DNA of 64,000 nucleotides from Candidatus Omnitrophota bacterium. GTDB taxonomy: Bacteria > Omnitrophota > Gorgyraeia > JAHJTE01. Within the stretch, counting starts at the first letter, position 1. Each line of letters starts with the position of its first letter. The notes below the pieces were generated by a model. That model was not told the origin of the DNA and searched no databases. It saw only the letters and a list, made by a program, of their open reading frames with translations. Below are positions 8,907-18,277 of the stretch, piece after piece. The position numbers and the translations under genes are program-made. Where the stretch lies: assembly GCA_018830005.1 (NCBI GenBank), contig JAHJTE010000001.1, positions 577,332-641,331 on the forward strand, given 5' to 3'.

Positions 8907-10433
8907 ATGGATACGAAAGCGCAAAATAAAGCCCTAAATTTTTCGATTATCGATGGTGCCCTATCCGCAGTTATGGGGTCATTGGCGGGTGGGATTTTCC
9001 TTATGGGTTTTGCCTTAAAGATATTAAAAGCAAAACCCGAGCAAATCGGATTTCTGGCCGCATTGCCCATGTTGGCAAATCTTATTCAAATTTTCGGATC
9101 GTATTTGATTGAAAAAACAGGCAAAAAAAAGATGCTTTGTTTTGTCTGCGTAGTTATGAGTCGTTTGCTATGGATTGCAATCATCATTCTTCCTATGGCA
9201 ATTTTCTCATCCTTTTCCGATTGGCGTGTTTTAGTCTTGGTAATTGTCATTGCCGTATCAAGTCTTTTCGGCTCGCTATCTGGAGTAGCGTGGCTGGCTT
9301 GGATGAGCGATTTGGTCCCTGAAAATATCAGGGGAACATATTTTGGAAAACGCAATATGATTGCTTCGGCATGTGGGACTGTTGTTATTCTCGTAGCTGG
9401 AAAATTCTTATCTCTTTGGGAAACGTGGTTCGGCGATGACAATCCCTACAGCTATATTATCATATTTTCTTTAGGGTTAGCGGTAGGATTGCTCAGTACA
9501 TGGTTCTTGGTTCGTATACCAGAAGTAGAAAGCACAACGCAGACCCCAAAAAGCTCAACAGATTTATCGCTATTCTTGAAACCGTTAAAAAATCATAATT
9601 TTCTCGCGCTTATTATTTATGTTTCATGTTGGATATTCGGAGTTCAGATGGCAGCGCCCTTTTATGGTGTATTCATGATTAACACTTTGAAAATTGATTT
9701 TTCAACCATTACGATTTTTGGAACATTTGCTATGTTAGCGACACTATTTATGATGAAGATATGGGGGCCAATTTCTGACAAATTAGGGAATAAACCAGTG
9801 ATCATCGTTTCTGGCTTAATTTTAGCTGCAATACCATTATTATGGATAGTCGCACTTCCAAAGAATTATTATATGCCAATAATGATAGCGCATTTATTAA
9901 CAGGCGCTTTTATGGCGGGAGTATCCCTTTCACAATTTAACATTCTAATTAAACTTTCTCCTCAAGAAGGCAGATCCGTGTATCTTGCCTTATTTGCGGC
10001 CATTACCGGTATAATCGGCGGGATCGCTCCAATTATCGGTGGATGGCTTTCCAAAATTTTTGAGAACCTTCATTTTACACTGTTTGCTTACGAAATTTCC
10101 AATCTGCATTTGATTTTTTTAATTTCTGCCGCTCTGCAAGCTATGACATTGTTTTTCATTCTAAAAGTTAGCGAGCCGGCAGCTTCGACGCCGATGGCTG
10201 TTATAATGCAGTTAAAGAACGATCTTAATCCACAAACAGGAATTGCCAGTACGACAGATTTTTTTATTATTGAGACGAAGAAAACCGAGAGCCTTCTTAA
10301 AAAGCTGGATCAATTTACAGAAAGAATTGCCGAGAAATCAGAAAATGAGATAGAGAAAGTTATTGAAAAAGGTGAGAAGATAGTAAAAAAACCTTTGAAA
10401 AAGTTAAAAGATTTCTTAAAAAACGATGATTAA
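8907..10433 (+). CDS. MFS transporter
   Basis: About 12 TM segments; WMSDLVP..RGTYFGKRN and WGPISDKLGNK motifs. Confidence 0.85.
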   Translation: MDTKAQNKALNFSIIDGALSAVMGSLAGGIFLMGFALKILKAKPEQIGFLAALPMLANLIQIFGSYLIEKTGKKKMLCFVCVVMSRLLWIAIIILPMAIFSSFSDWRVLVLVIVIAVSSLFGSLSGVAWLAWMSDLVPENIRGTYFGKRNMIASACGTVVILVAGKFLSLWETWFGDDNPYSYIIIFSLGLAVGLLSTWFLVRIPEVESTTQTPKSSTDLSLFLKPLKNHNFLALIIYVSCWIFGVQMAAPFYGVFMINTLKIDFSTITIFGTFAMLATLFMMKIWGPISDKLGNKPVIIVSGLILAAIPLLWIVALPKNYYMPIMIAHLLTGAFMAGVSLSQFNILIKLSPQEGRSVYLALFAAITGIIGGIAPIIGGWLSKIFENLHFTLFAYEISNLHLIFLISAALQAMTLFFILKVSEPAASTPMAVIMQLKNDLNPQTGIASTTDFFIIETKKTESLLKKLDQFTERIAEKSENEIEKVIEKGEKIVKKPLKKLKDFLKNDD

Positions 10434-10446
10434 GTAGGGGGTAACT

Positions 10447-11277
10447 ATGTCTAAGTTTGGCGGGATATTTCAAGATTTAGTTGTTAAAAAACTAGGGCAG
10501 TTGTACCAGTTTACTACGGAATTCGGTCCTAAAGTCGCACTTGCAATAATTATTTTTCTAATTGGCTGGATATGTGCGGTGCTCCTTAAGAAAATAGTTT
10601 CAAAGCTTCTTAAGGCGTTAGGTCTTGATGTGGTATCCGAGAAGATCGGTCTAAAACATTTCCTCGAAAAAGGCGGAATTCAAAAAAAGCCTTCATCTCT
10701 TATCGGTTTGCTATTTTATTGGATTATTATTTTTAGCGCATTAGTTATGGCGTTTAATAACCTGGAGCTAAATACCGCTTCGCAGCTCATACAACGGGCC
10801 CTTTCTTATATACCTAAGTTTATCGTAGCGTTAATTCTTCTTGTTATGGGTATATTCTTGAGTCAGTTTGTAGGCAAACTTGTAGAAGTAACTTCGCATT
10901 TAGCAAGCATACATTTTTACCGCTTTCTAGGTAAAGCAGCGCGTTATCTTGCTATGGCGCTAGCTATAATGATATGCTTGGAATATCTGGGCGTAGCAAA
11001 GACTTTCATTGCCATTATCTTCGGAGTAGTGCCGTTAATTGTTTCTTTACTTTTTATTATTGGAGGAAGAGAGATTGTTTCAAGTATTTTAGCCGGCAGG
11101 CTTCTTATGAAGGAATATAAACAAGGTGATACAATAGAATTTGATTCAATATCAGGTCAGATAAAAATTATTGATTTTATAGTCACAAAAATAACCGCTA
11201 AAGAAGGAGAAATAATTATTCCTAATTCAGAATTAGCCAATAAAATAATAAAGAGAGTTGAAAGAACGTCTAAGTGA
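10447..11277 (+). CDS. Small-conductance mechanosensitive channel family protein (TM-helix repeat type)
   Basis: Repeated TM helices then GDTIEF..ISGQI...IIIPNS beta domain. Confidence 0.8.
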   Translation: MSKFGGIFQDLVVKKLGQLYQFTTEFGPKVALAIIIFLIGWICAVLLKKIVSKLLKALGLDVVSEKIGLKHFLEKGGIQKKPSSLIGLLFYWIIIFSALVMAFNNLELNTASQLIQRALSYIPKFIVALILLVMGIFLSQFVGKLVEVTSHLASIHFYRFLGKAARYLAMALAIMICLEYLGVAKTFIAIIFGVVPLIVSLLFIIGGREIVSSILAGRLLMKEYKQGDTIEFDSISGQIKIIDFIVTKITAKEGEIIIPNSELANKIIKRVERTSK

Positions 11278-11330
11278 ATCGATAAATGAACGGGGTGTTG
11301 CACTTATGACACTTTACAATTGAGGATGTT

Positions 11331-11430
11331 ATGAAAAAGATTTTTCTGAAGACTTTCGGATGACCGTATGTATAAGTACCGCGAGATGATATTAGAGTTG
11401 TTGAAAAGATTGCAGGAGGGTGGAGGGTAA
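11331..11430 (+). mobile_element. att scar D: miaB-5' remnant (MKKIFLKTFG*) fused to recombinase tail (DDRMYKYREMILELLKRLQEGGG*)
   Basis: GAGGA RBS + atgaaaaagatttttctgaagactttcggatga; shares TTCGGATG with the miaB junction at 57916. Confidence 0.85.
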
Positions 11431-11567
11431 ATAAAGAGAACTAAAGTTTTCTAACTCTTTGACAATGATTTAATATAAATATATAAGAGCATGGAAGTAT
11501 AACTAGTAATTATAGCAATGATGATGCCTGAAAAGGCATGGTTGCCTATAAAGACAGGGAGGGGAAA

Positions 11568-11789
11568 ATGCGTTTTGTATTTTTTATTATTATTGGTATA
11601 CTTGTCTTTTTATTTTCTGGTATTTTTGGTCAAAAAGCTTATGCGTACTTAGATCCAGGGACGGGAAGCTCCATCTTTCAGCTAATTATAGCTGTCGTAA
11701 TGGGAGGATTATTTGTAATTAAGCTATTCTGGACGAAGATTGCTCTTTTCTTTAAGAATTTATTCTCAAAAAGGAAAAAAAATGAATGA
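11568..11789 (+). CDS. Small membrane protein (AYLDPGTGS motif)
   Basis: GGAGG RBS; two hydrophobic segments flanking AYAYLDPGTGS. Confidence 0.7.
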   Translation: MRFVFFIIIGILVFLFSGIFGQKAYAYLDPGTGSSIFQLIIAVVMGGLFVIKLFWTKIALFFKNLFSKRKKNE

Positions 11790-13173
11790 ACTTAAGCCGA
11801 ATGAAAATGTTTCAAGTTCCTTTCGTGATCCAAGTGGATTTCTTTTCTATCGGGACGGATTAATTTATCGACAGATAAATATTTCTTACAAAAGAAATTA
11901 TGACCGCTTGATGAATTCCGGACTTTATAAGGCTCTGACAGATGTTGAGTTATTGATTCCTCATGAAGAAGTTAATGTTGTCAGCTCAGCGCCCGATAAG
12001 GCTTATAAAATAATTAAGCCTGAGCCAATACCATTTATATCATATCCATACGAGTGGTGTTTTTCTCAATTGAAAGACGCAGCTTTGGCCACACTTGAAA
12101 TTCAAAAAAAATCGCTTAATTTTGGAATGTCCTTGAAAGATTGCAATGCCTACAATATACAATTCAGAAAAGGAAAACTAATACTTATCGATACGCTTTC
12201 TTTTGAAGAATACTGTGAGGGACAACCCTGGGTTGCATATAGACAATTTTGTCAACATTTTCTTGCGCCCTTGGCTTTAATGAACTATAGAGATATTCGA
12301 CTAAATCAATTATTGCGAGTTTATATAGATGGTATTCCTTTGGATTTGACGAGTTCTCTTCTTCAATTTCGTACCCGTTTTGTATTTTCCTTGCTTACTC
12401 ACGTTCATTTTCACGCTAAAGCCCAAAAGCATTTTGCTGATAAGACTGTGAATACAACAAGAGGTCAGGTAACACGTTTATCTTTTATGGGGCTTGTTGA
12501 CAGTCTAGAGTCTGCTATTAGAAAATTGAAATGGAAAGCTCAGGGTACCGAATGGAGCGATTACTATGAAGATACTAATTATTCCCCAGAAGGGCTTCAG
12601 CACAAGAGGCAAATTATATCTGATTTTTTAGACAAGGTCAATCCAAAAATTGTCTGGGACCTTGGTACAAATGTTGGGATGTTTAGTCGTATTGCTGCGG
12701 ATAAAAGGATGGAGGTGATCTCTTTTGATATTGATCCTCTTGCTGTTGAGAAAAATTATCTTCAATGTATTGAAAAGGGAGAAACCAGAATTCTTCCACT
12801 GTTATTCGACTTAACAAACCCAAGTCCCGGTATCGGCTGGGATAATAAAGAAAGAATGTCTTTGTTTGAGCGCGGCCCAGCAGATACGGTGTTTGCCTTA
12901 GCGCTGATTCATCATTTAGCAATTTCCAACAATTTACCGTTTAACAAGATTGTTGATTTCTTAAACAAAATTTGTAGTTCACTTATTATCGAATTTGTCC
13001 CTAAGGAGGATTCACAGACACAGCGACTTTTATCAACCAGGAAGGATATTTTTACCAATTATACTCAGCAATTTTTTGAATGTGAGTTTAAAGAAAAATT
13101 TATAATACGGGATTCTGTAACTATAAAAAATTCCAAAAGAATCTTATATCTAATGAAAAGGATCCAAGCATGA
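11782..13173 (+). CDS. SAM-dependent methyltransferase with N-terminal kinase-like region
   Basis: SFRDPSG, SYPYEW, LKDxxAYNIQF; C-terminal WDLGTNVG SAM motif and LALIHHL. Confidence 0.75.
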   Translation: MNELKPNENVSSSFRDPSGFLFYRDGLIYRQINISYKRNYDRLMNSGLYKALTDVELLIPHEEVNVVSSAPDKAYKIIKPEPIPFISYPYEWCFSQLKDAALATLEIQKKSLNFGMSLKDCNAYNIQFRKGKLILIDTLSFEEYCEGQPWVAYRQFCQHFLAPLALMNYRDIRLNQLLRVYIDGIPLDLTSSLLQFRTRFVFSLLTHVHFHAKAQKHFADKTVNTTRGQVTRLSFMGLVDSLESAIRKLKWKAQGTEWSDYYEDTNYSPEGLQHKRQIISDFLDKVNPKIVWDLGTNVGMFSRIAADKRMEVISFDIDPLAVEKNYLQCIEKGETRILPLLFDLTNPSPGIGWDNKERMSLFERGPADTVFALALIHHLAISNNLPFNKIVDFLNKICSSLIIEFVPKEDSQTQRLLSTRKDIFTNYTQQFFECEFKEKFIIRDSVTIKNSKRILYLMKRIQA

Positions 13174-14972
13174 ACATAAAGAAACAACCCCCGTTAGATT
13201 TTTTAAAAAAGAACATATTTACCACAGGAGTATTTATAAAAACAATAGTAGCGATAGCTCTTTTGTTTTTTTATGCGTTTGTTTCTTCTCGTTTTTTGCC
13301 TCAAGGAATAAATTATGTTTTTGTAACTAGGTTATATCAGTGGCTCTTGATGTTGATGGCAATGTTATATTTTGTCTTCTTTATATGTTTTTATTGCACT
13401 AGACACGGAAGCTTTAAGTATATAAATTCTGTGGAAGGTTTTTATATCGGAGACTTGTTTTTACTGTTGTTACCAATGATACCGATTGTGCGGTATATCA
13501 TCTTAAATCAGGATAGTTTGTCTACCTTTGACTCCATAATGGTATTTATTATTTTCTTTGCTGTATCTTTTATTTTAACTTTTCTAGTCCCTATAGTGGT
13601 TGGTATAATTGGATCAAGAAAGATTTTGATGATAGTGGGGTTAAGTTTTTCTTATGTACTTTTTAATATGGCTTCACTGGCATCTGATTTTAGCTGGCAT
13701 CTATCGGGAAGTTTAAAAATACAGTTTATCGTATTGGTTGTATTTTTTACTATTTCTTTAGTTATTTATTCATTGAATAGAAAATTCTTAAATATAGTGG
13801 TTGCTGTGCTCTTCGCTGTAAGTACACTAACTGCTCTAATTTCGTTTAGAAGAATTAGAAATGAAATTAAGGGGTTAATCTTTCCCGTTGATAGTCCAAA
13901 AATATATGCTTATACAAAAGGCAAGGAGATGAAAAGGAAGCCGGACTGTTTTCTTTTAACCTTTGATGCTTATGCTGCAAATGAAACTATGCTTAAATAC
14001 GGTATTGATAATAATGCACAAGAAGACTATTTAATACAAAATGGTTTTCACATATACAAAGGAATCTACTCTTTGGCCCCTGGCTCAAAACCATCAATGG
14101 ATTGTGTATTCAATATTCGTAGAACGTCACGCCAATCATGGCTAAGTGCCCTTATGGGCCCTAGATATAGTGATTTTTATGGTGCTGGGTTTTCCGGAAA
14201 TGGTGCAGTTCAAAATATTCTAAAAGAAAATGGCTATGAAACCTTCGGTATTTTTTCCTCTTATTATTTTTTTCGAGAAGTTGGCTCTTTTTATGATCAG
14301 TCGTTTCCAACAAAGGCAGTCGCATTTTATAAACTGTTAGCTAAATCAATTTTCGAAGGAGAGTTTAGATTTGATGTGGAGCTTTCTAAAAAAAATTATT
14401 TTAAGTATTTAGCGAAGAAAAATGAGGTATTGGCATCAACAACTAGTAAGCCTAGATTTTTATACACACATAATGAATTTCCCAATCATTCTCAAAACTC
14501 TGGTCGTTGCTTGGGGAATGAGATAGAGCTTTATAAAGAACGTTTAGTTAAAGCCAATAAAGAAATGAGGGAAGATATAGAGACAATAAAAAAGTATAAC
14601 CCGAATGCAATAATTATCGTTAATGGAGACCACGGGCCTTTTTTGACTAAAAACTGCTTTTTTACCAGTCGAAATAATCAGTATGATAAAAGTGAAATTG
14701 ATCAGCTTGATATACAAGATCGATATGGCGTTCTTTTAGCAATAAAGTGGCCTAAAGATGCAAATATTGATCACGATAAGATCAAAGTATTGCAAGATAT
14801 ATTCCCTTCAGTTTTTGCCTATTTATATGACGATGCCTCTATCTTAAATTCAAGAGTTGAACGATTAACATTTTACGAACTCAGTATAAGCGGTGTTCGT
14901 GTTAGAAACGGTATTATTGTAGATGGAAAAGATGATGGAAAATTACTGTTTGATTCTATGAAGGAAAGGTAA
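13170..14972 (+). CDS. Membrane-anchored alkaline-phosphatase/sulfatase-superfamily protein
   Basis: Multi-TM N-terminus; LLTFDAY, PNHS, IIVNGDHGP motifs. Confidence 0.65.
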   Translation: MNIKKQPPLDFLKKNIFTTGVFIKTIVAIALLFFYAFVSSRFLPQGINYVFVTRLYQWLLMLMAMLYFVFFICFYCTRHGSFKYINSVEGFYIGDLFLLLLPMIPIVRYIILNQDSLSTFDSIMVFIIFFAVSFILTFLVPIVVGIIGSRKILMIVGLSFSYVLFNMASLASDFSWHLSGSLKIQFIVLVVFFTISLVIYSLNRKFLNIVVAVLFAVSTLTALISFRRIRNEIKGLIFPVDSPKIYAYTKGKEMKRKPDCFLLTFDAYAANETMLKYGIDNNAQEDYLIQNGFHIYKGIYSLAPGSKPSMDCVFNIRRTSRQSWLSALMGPRYSDFYGAGFSGNGAVQNILKENGYETFGIFSSYYFFREVGSFYDQSFPTKAVAFYKLLAKSIFEGEFRFDVELSKKNYFKYLAKKNEVLASTTSKPRFLYTHNEFPNHSQNSGRCLGNEIELYKERLVKANKEMREDIETIKKYNPNAIIIVNGDHGPFLTKNCFFTSRNNQYDKSEIDQLDIQDRYGVLLAIKWPKDANIDHDKIKVLQDIFPSVFAYLYDDASILNSRVERLTFYELSISGVRVRNGIIVDGKDDGKLLFDSMKER

Positions 14973-15268
14973 TTTAAAATTTGAGGATGTTAGTTTTCTC
15001 CGGAATGAGTGATGGCTTGCAACGGAATCGCCGGCTAGTTTGGAAAGGAATGCGGTGTTACCTTTAGGGCATCATTTTGGTTAATTTTCCTACAGAAACG
15101 AAGCAAGATTTAGAAGCCGTCAAGTGTTTAGCACAAGAACTTGGGGAATTAACGAATTCCTTTTTTATATACATTATATCTTAATAAAAAACTATACGAT
15201 TTATCCACAATTAATAACAAGAGCGTTAGGTTGTTTTATAGTCTCAAGGAATAGGAAGATTACGGATT

Positions 15269-15365
15269 TTGAGCCATTTAAAAGCCTATATCAAGACTTT
15301 CGGATGGCCAATGGCCAGTTTATAGTAAGTCGATGATGTCTATCGCTGAGGCACTGGTGGAGTAG
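15269..15365 (+). mobile_element. att scar E, likely attL of the 42.6-kb element: miaB 5' end (MSHLKAYIKTFG) fused to recombinase tail (DGQWPVYSKSMMSIAEALVE*)
   Basis: aaagcctatatcaagactttcggatggcc; TTCGGATG (15299-15306) is identical to 57916-57923; joining them restores MSHLKAYIKTFGCQMN. Confidence 0.85.
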
Positions 15366-15375
15366 CCTCGGCGGT

Positions 15376-15446
15376 GTCATTCCCGCCCCCTGTCATTCCC
15401 GCGTAAGCGGGAATCTATGCAGGGGGTAAACTCCAGCGGGAATCCA
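15376..15446. repeat. Nested REP-like palindrome (GTCATTCCCGC...GCGGGAATC)
   Basis: Outer gtcattcccgccccc...gggggtaaactccagcgggaatcc with an inner gtcattcccgcgtaagcgggaatc unit; related copy at 32284. Confidence 0.75.
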
Positions 15447-15454
15447 GAAAAGGA

Positions 15455-16225
15455 ATGATTAAAATGAAACAATGGTACGAAGCATTATATGAAAACTACG
15501 CTCACAAATATGATAAAGAATGTTTTGTTCAGGGAACTGTGGGCGAATGTGATTTTATAGAACAGGAGATAAGCCAAGATAAATCCTTAAAGGTCATCGA
15601 TATCGGTTGTGGTACCGGCCGTCACGCGATAGAGCTAACGAAAAGGGGATATAACGTGATCGGTATTGACCTTTCCGAGGATCAGATCAAAAGGGCAAGG
15701 GAGAAGGCCAAAGAGGTCGGGGTGACGATCGACTTCCAAATACAAGACGCGCGCAATCTTCCTTTTGACGGCGAATTTGATCTGGCAATTATGTTGTGCG
15801 AAGGCGGATTTTCTCTTATGGAAACGGACGAGATGAATTTTGAAATCCTCAAGAACGCCACAAAAGCGCTAAAAAATAAAGGCAAGCTCATTTTCACCAC
15901 ATTAAACGGATTGTTCCCGCTGTTTCATTCTGTTAATGACTTCTATAAGTCGGCGCAGAAAGAAGGCCAGTCCCAGTGTAAGGATTGCTCCTTTGATCTG
16001 ATGACTTTCCGTGATCATAACACTGCTGTTTTTGAGGACGATTCCGGCAATAAAAGGGAGCTTAAGTGTAACGAGCGTTATTACGTCCCCAGCGAGATAA
16101 CATGGCTTCTCAAAAGCCTTGGATTTAAGAAAATCGATATCTTTGGCGCGAAACTCGGGGCATTCTCGAGAAACGACAAACTGACCACGGAAGATTTTGA
16201 AATACTCGTTGTCGCGGAAAAATGA
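15455..16225 (+). CDS. Class I SAM-dependent methyltransferase
   Basis: IDIGCGTGRH, GIDLS, QDARNLPF. Confidence 0.9.
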   Translation: MIKMKQWYEALYENYAHKYDKECFVQGTVGECDFIEQEISQDKSLKVIDIGCGTGRHAIELTKRGYNVIGIDLSEDQIKRAREKAKEVGVTIDFQIQDARNLPFDGEFDLAIMLCEGGFSLMETDEMNFEILKNATKALKNKGKLIFTTLNGLFPLFHSVNDFYKSAQKEGQSQCKDCSFDLMTFRDHNTAVFEDDSGNKRELKCNERYYVPSEITWLLKSLGFKKIDIFGAKLGAFSRNDKLTTEDFEILVVAEK

Positions 16226-16242
16226 AATAGGAGGTATTTAAT

Positions 16243-16779
16243 ATGATGCCGGTTGGTCCTTTAATGATTGAACACAGGCTTATAGAGCGGATGATACGGG
16301 TAATGCAAGCTAACTTGGAGACTGTCAATAAAGAGGGGAAGGTCGACCCATCCTTTGCTGATACAGCGGTTGATTTTATACGGACATACGCTGACAGGTG
16401 TCATCATGGCAAAGAGGAAGACATATTATTTCGGGACCTCGCAAAGAAAGAGATATCCGATGAACACCAGAGGATTATGCAAGAGCTTATAGAAGAACAC
16501 AGGATGGGCAGGAATAATGTAAAGAAGCTGGTTGAAGCGAAAGAAAAATATGTCCAGGGCAACAAAGACGCCTTAAAAGACATAGTTTCAAATATGGAAA
16601 TACTGGTCAAATTTTACCCTAAGCACATAGAAAAAGAAGATAAGCGCTTTTTTATCCCATGCATGGATTATTTTACCGATGCCGAGAAAGATGCGATGCT
16701 CAACGAAATGTATGAGTTTGATCGGAACATGATTCATGAAAAATATAACAAAGTAGTGGAGAAGCACGAGAAAAAATAG
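16243..16779 (+). CDS. Hemerythrin/HHE cation-binding domain protein
   Basis: EHRLI, HHGKEEDILF, EEHRMGR, HIEKEDKRFF. Confidence 0.9.
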   Translation: MMPVGPLMIEHRLIERMIRVMQANLETVNKEGKVDPSFADTAVDFIRTYADRCHHGKEEDILFRDLAKKEISDEHQRIMQELIEEHRMGRNNVKKLVEAKEKYVQGNKDALKDIVSNMEILVKFYPKHIEKEDKRFFIPCMDYFTDAEKDAMLNEMYEFDRNMIHEKYNKVVEKHEKK

Positions 16780-16790
16780 AGGGCACCCAT

Positions 16791-17096
16791 ATGCAAGTAT
16801 TATCACTTAAAGAAATGGTCGAATATCAGGGCAGATCTATCGTAAGCAAAGAAATAATTAAAAAAGAATCAGGGATAGTTACGTTGTTTGCCTTTGATGA
16901 GGGGCAGGGCTTAAGTGAACATACGGCTCCATTTGACGCTTTGGTCAATGTGCTTGACGGGCAAGCGGAAGTCAAGATATCCGGGGAGCCGTTTATCGTA
17001 AAAGAGGGAGAGCTGATAATTATGCCTGCCAACAAACCGCACTCTATACAAGCAATAGAAAAATTTAAGATGCTATTGGTTTTAATTAAGAAATAA
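16791..17096 (+). CDS. Cupin domain protein
   Basis: LFAFDEGQGLSEHTAPFDA...MPANKPHS. Confidence 0.9.
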   Translation: MQVLSLKEMVEYQGRSIVSKEIIKKESGIVTLFAFDEGQGLSEHTAPFDALVNVLDGQAEVKISGEPFIVKEGELIIMPANKPHSIQAIEKFKMLLVLIKK

Positions 17097-17109
17097 GGAG
17101 AGTAGAGAA

Positions 17110-17430
17110 ATGAGAATAGGAGTTATTATTTCAAGTAACGATGCCGAAACATGCTGGAACGCAATCCGCTACGCGAATTTTGCTCTAGGCCAGAAGGATG
17201 AGGTAAAAGTGTTTTTCATGGGCAAGGGAGTTGAATATCAAAAGATCAGCACGGAGAAGTTTAATACTGTTGAACAGGCGGAGAAATTTATGCAATCCGG
17301 TGGTAAGATCTACGCTTGTGGTAGTTGCATAAAGTCTAGGGAACAGGAGAGCTCTGGCATGTGTCCGATCTCGACAATGAAAGATATGTACGATATAGTT
17401 AAAGAATCGGACAAAGTAGTAACCTTTTAA
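17110..17430 (+). CDS. DsrE family protein
   Basis: VFFMGKGVE, YACGSC, CPISTM, ESDKVVTF. Confidence 0.85.
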   Translation: MRIGVIISSNDAETCWNAIRYANFALGQKDEVKVFFMGKGVEYQKISTEKFNTVEQAEKFMQSGGKIYACGSCIKSREQESSGMCPISTMKDMYDIVKESDKVVTF

Positions 17431-17444
17431 AGAGAGGTGAATAT

Positions 17445-17804
17445 ATGATAAGCATTTTGCTATATATCTTAATCGGCCTATTCGCGGGAGCTATAAGCGG
17501 CTTAATCGGCATAGGAGGAGGGATTGTCATTGTTCCCGCGCTTATTTATCTTTTTAGGTTTTCTCAGCACGCGGCGCAGGGGACAACTTTAGCGATGTTG
17601 ATTCCGCCTATTGGCATACTGGCAGCTTTAACTTATTATAAACAGGGACATGTCAACCTTCCGGTGGCAGGATTTATATGTTTGGGATTTGTTATCGGCG
17701 GATTCTTAGGCGCAAAATTCGCGGTGGGTTTTTCGGAACCGGTGTTAAGAAAAATATTCGGCGCATGTCTTTTGGTTATTGCGAGTTATATGATTATCAA
17801 ATAA
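17445..17804 (+). CDS. Sulfite exporter TauE/SafE (TSUP) family, half-size
   Basis: SGLIGIGGGIVIVP, AQGTTL, GGFLGA. Confidence 0.85.
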   Translation: MISILLYILIGLFAGAISGLIGIGGGIVIVPALIYLFRFSQHAAQGTTLAMLIPPIGILAALTYYKQGHVNLPVAGFICLGFVIGGFLGAKFAVGFSEPVLRKIFGACLLVIASYMIIK

Positions 17805-17811
17805 TTGAACT

Positions 17812-17860
17812 GGCGATGGGGTTCGCCGTTAACCGCCTCAACAGGCTGATAACTCCTATT
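17812..17860 (+). ncRNA. Fluoride (crcB) riboswitch
   Basis: GGCGATGGGGTTCGCC...AACCGC...GCTGATAACTCCTA matches the fluoride aptamer consensus; lies directly upstream of crcB. Confidence 0.9.
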
Positions 17861-17882
17861 GTAAGAAAGGAGGTATCAGTTT

Positions 17883-18272
17883 ATGTTGAGGGTTTTATAC
17901 ATCGCAATCGGTGGCGCAGTTGGAGCGGTAATGCGCTATTGGCTTTCAGGGGTAACCCAGCGCATATTCAATGGCGGATTCCCCTGGGGCACGTTGAGTG
18001 TTAACTTGGTTGGATCTTTGATTATAGGTTTTTTGTGGGGGATGTTTGAATCAGTCGTTGTTTCTCAGAATGTGAAGATAATGATATTTATCGGTCTTCT
18101 CGGCTCTTTTACGACATTCTCCACGTTTTCACTGGAGAGTTTCCATCTTATTCGCGATGGCGAATACAATCTTTTCCTGATGAATACACTATCAAGCTTT
18201 CTTCTGGGAATAGTTTTGGTATTTGCCGGATATTTTATCAGCCAGTATTTATTTGCTTTGATAAGGAGGTAA
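17883..18272 (+). CDS. crcB: Fluoride channel Fluc/CrcB
   Basis: GGAVGAVMRY, FPWGTLSVN, GLLGSFTTFSTFSLE. Confidence 0.95.
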   Translation: MLRVLYIAIGGAVGAVMRYWLSGVTQRIFNGGFPWGTLSVNLVGSLIIGFLWGMFESVVVSQNVKIMIFIGLLGSFTTFSTFSLESFHLIRDGEYNLFLMNTLSSFLLGIVLVFAGYFISQYLFALIRR

Positions 18273-18277
18273 TAAAA

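Noticed and set aside
9090-9101. Other TTCGGAT matches (here, ~39522, ~56186)
   Set aside because: Inside intact genes and lacking both the MiaB-like left arm and the conserved right arm
11352-11363. TFG-TGA (and WG-TGA at 7186) where MiaB has Cys, suggesting a selenocysteine MiaB
   Set aside because: Nothing MiaB-like follows; the TGA arises from the junction with the tail sequence GAT GAC
14981-14992. TTGAGGATGTTA identical to 11320-11331 just before scar D
   Set aside because: Not followed by a MiaB-like start, TTCGGA core or tail; a 12-bp match alone is not enough to call a sixth scar
15124-15336. 70-aa ORF in the track (also 4295-4501)
   Set aside because: No recognisable motifs or RBS; the first runs across the att scar in a third frame; probably spurious or decayed
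4508-15365. Classical integron or CRISPR reading of the recurring sites
   Set aside because: No tyrosine integrase, attC-type hairpins or cas genes seen; spacing is kilobases and the sites match miaB and the serine recombinase
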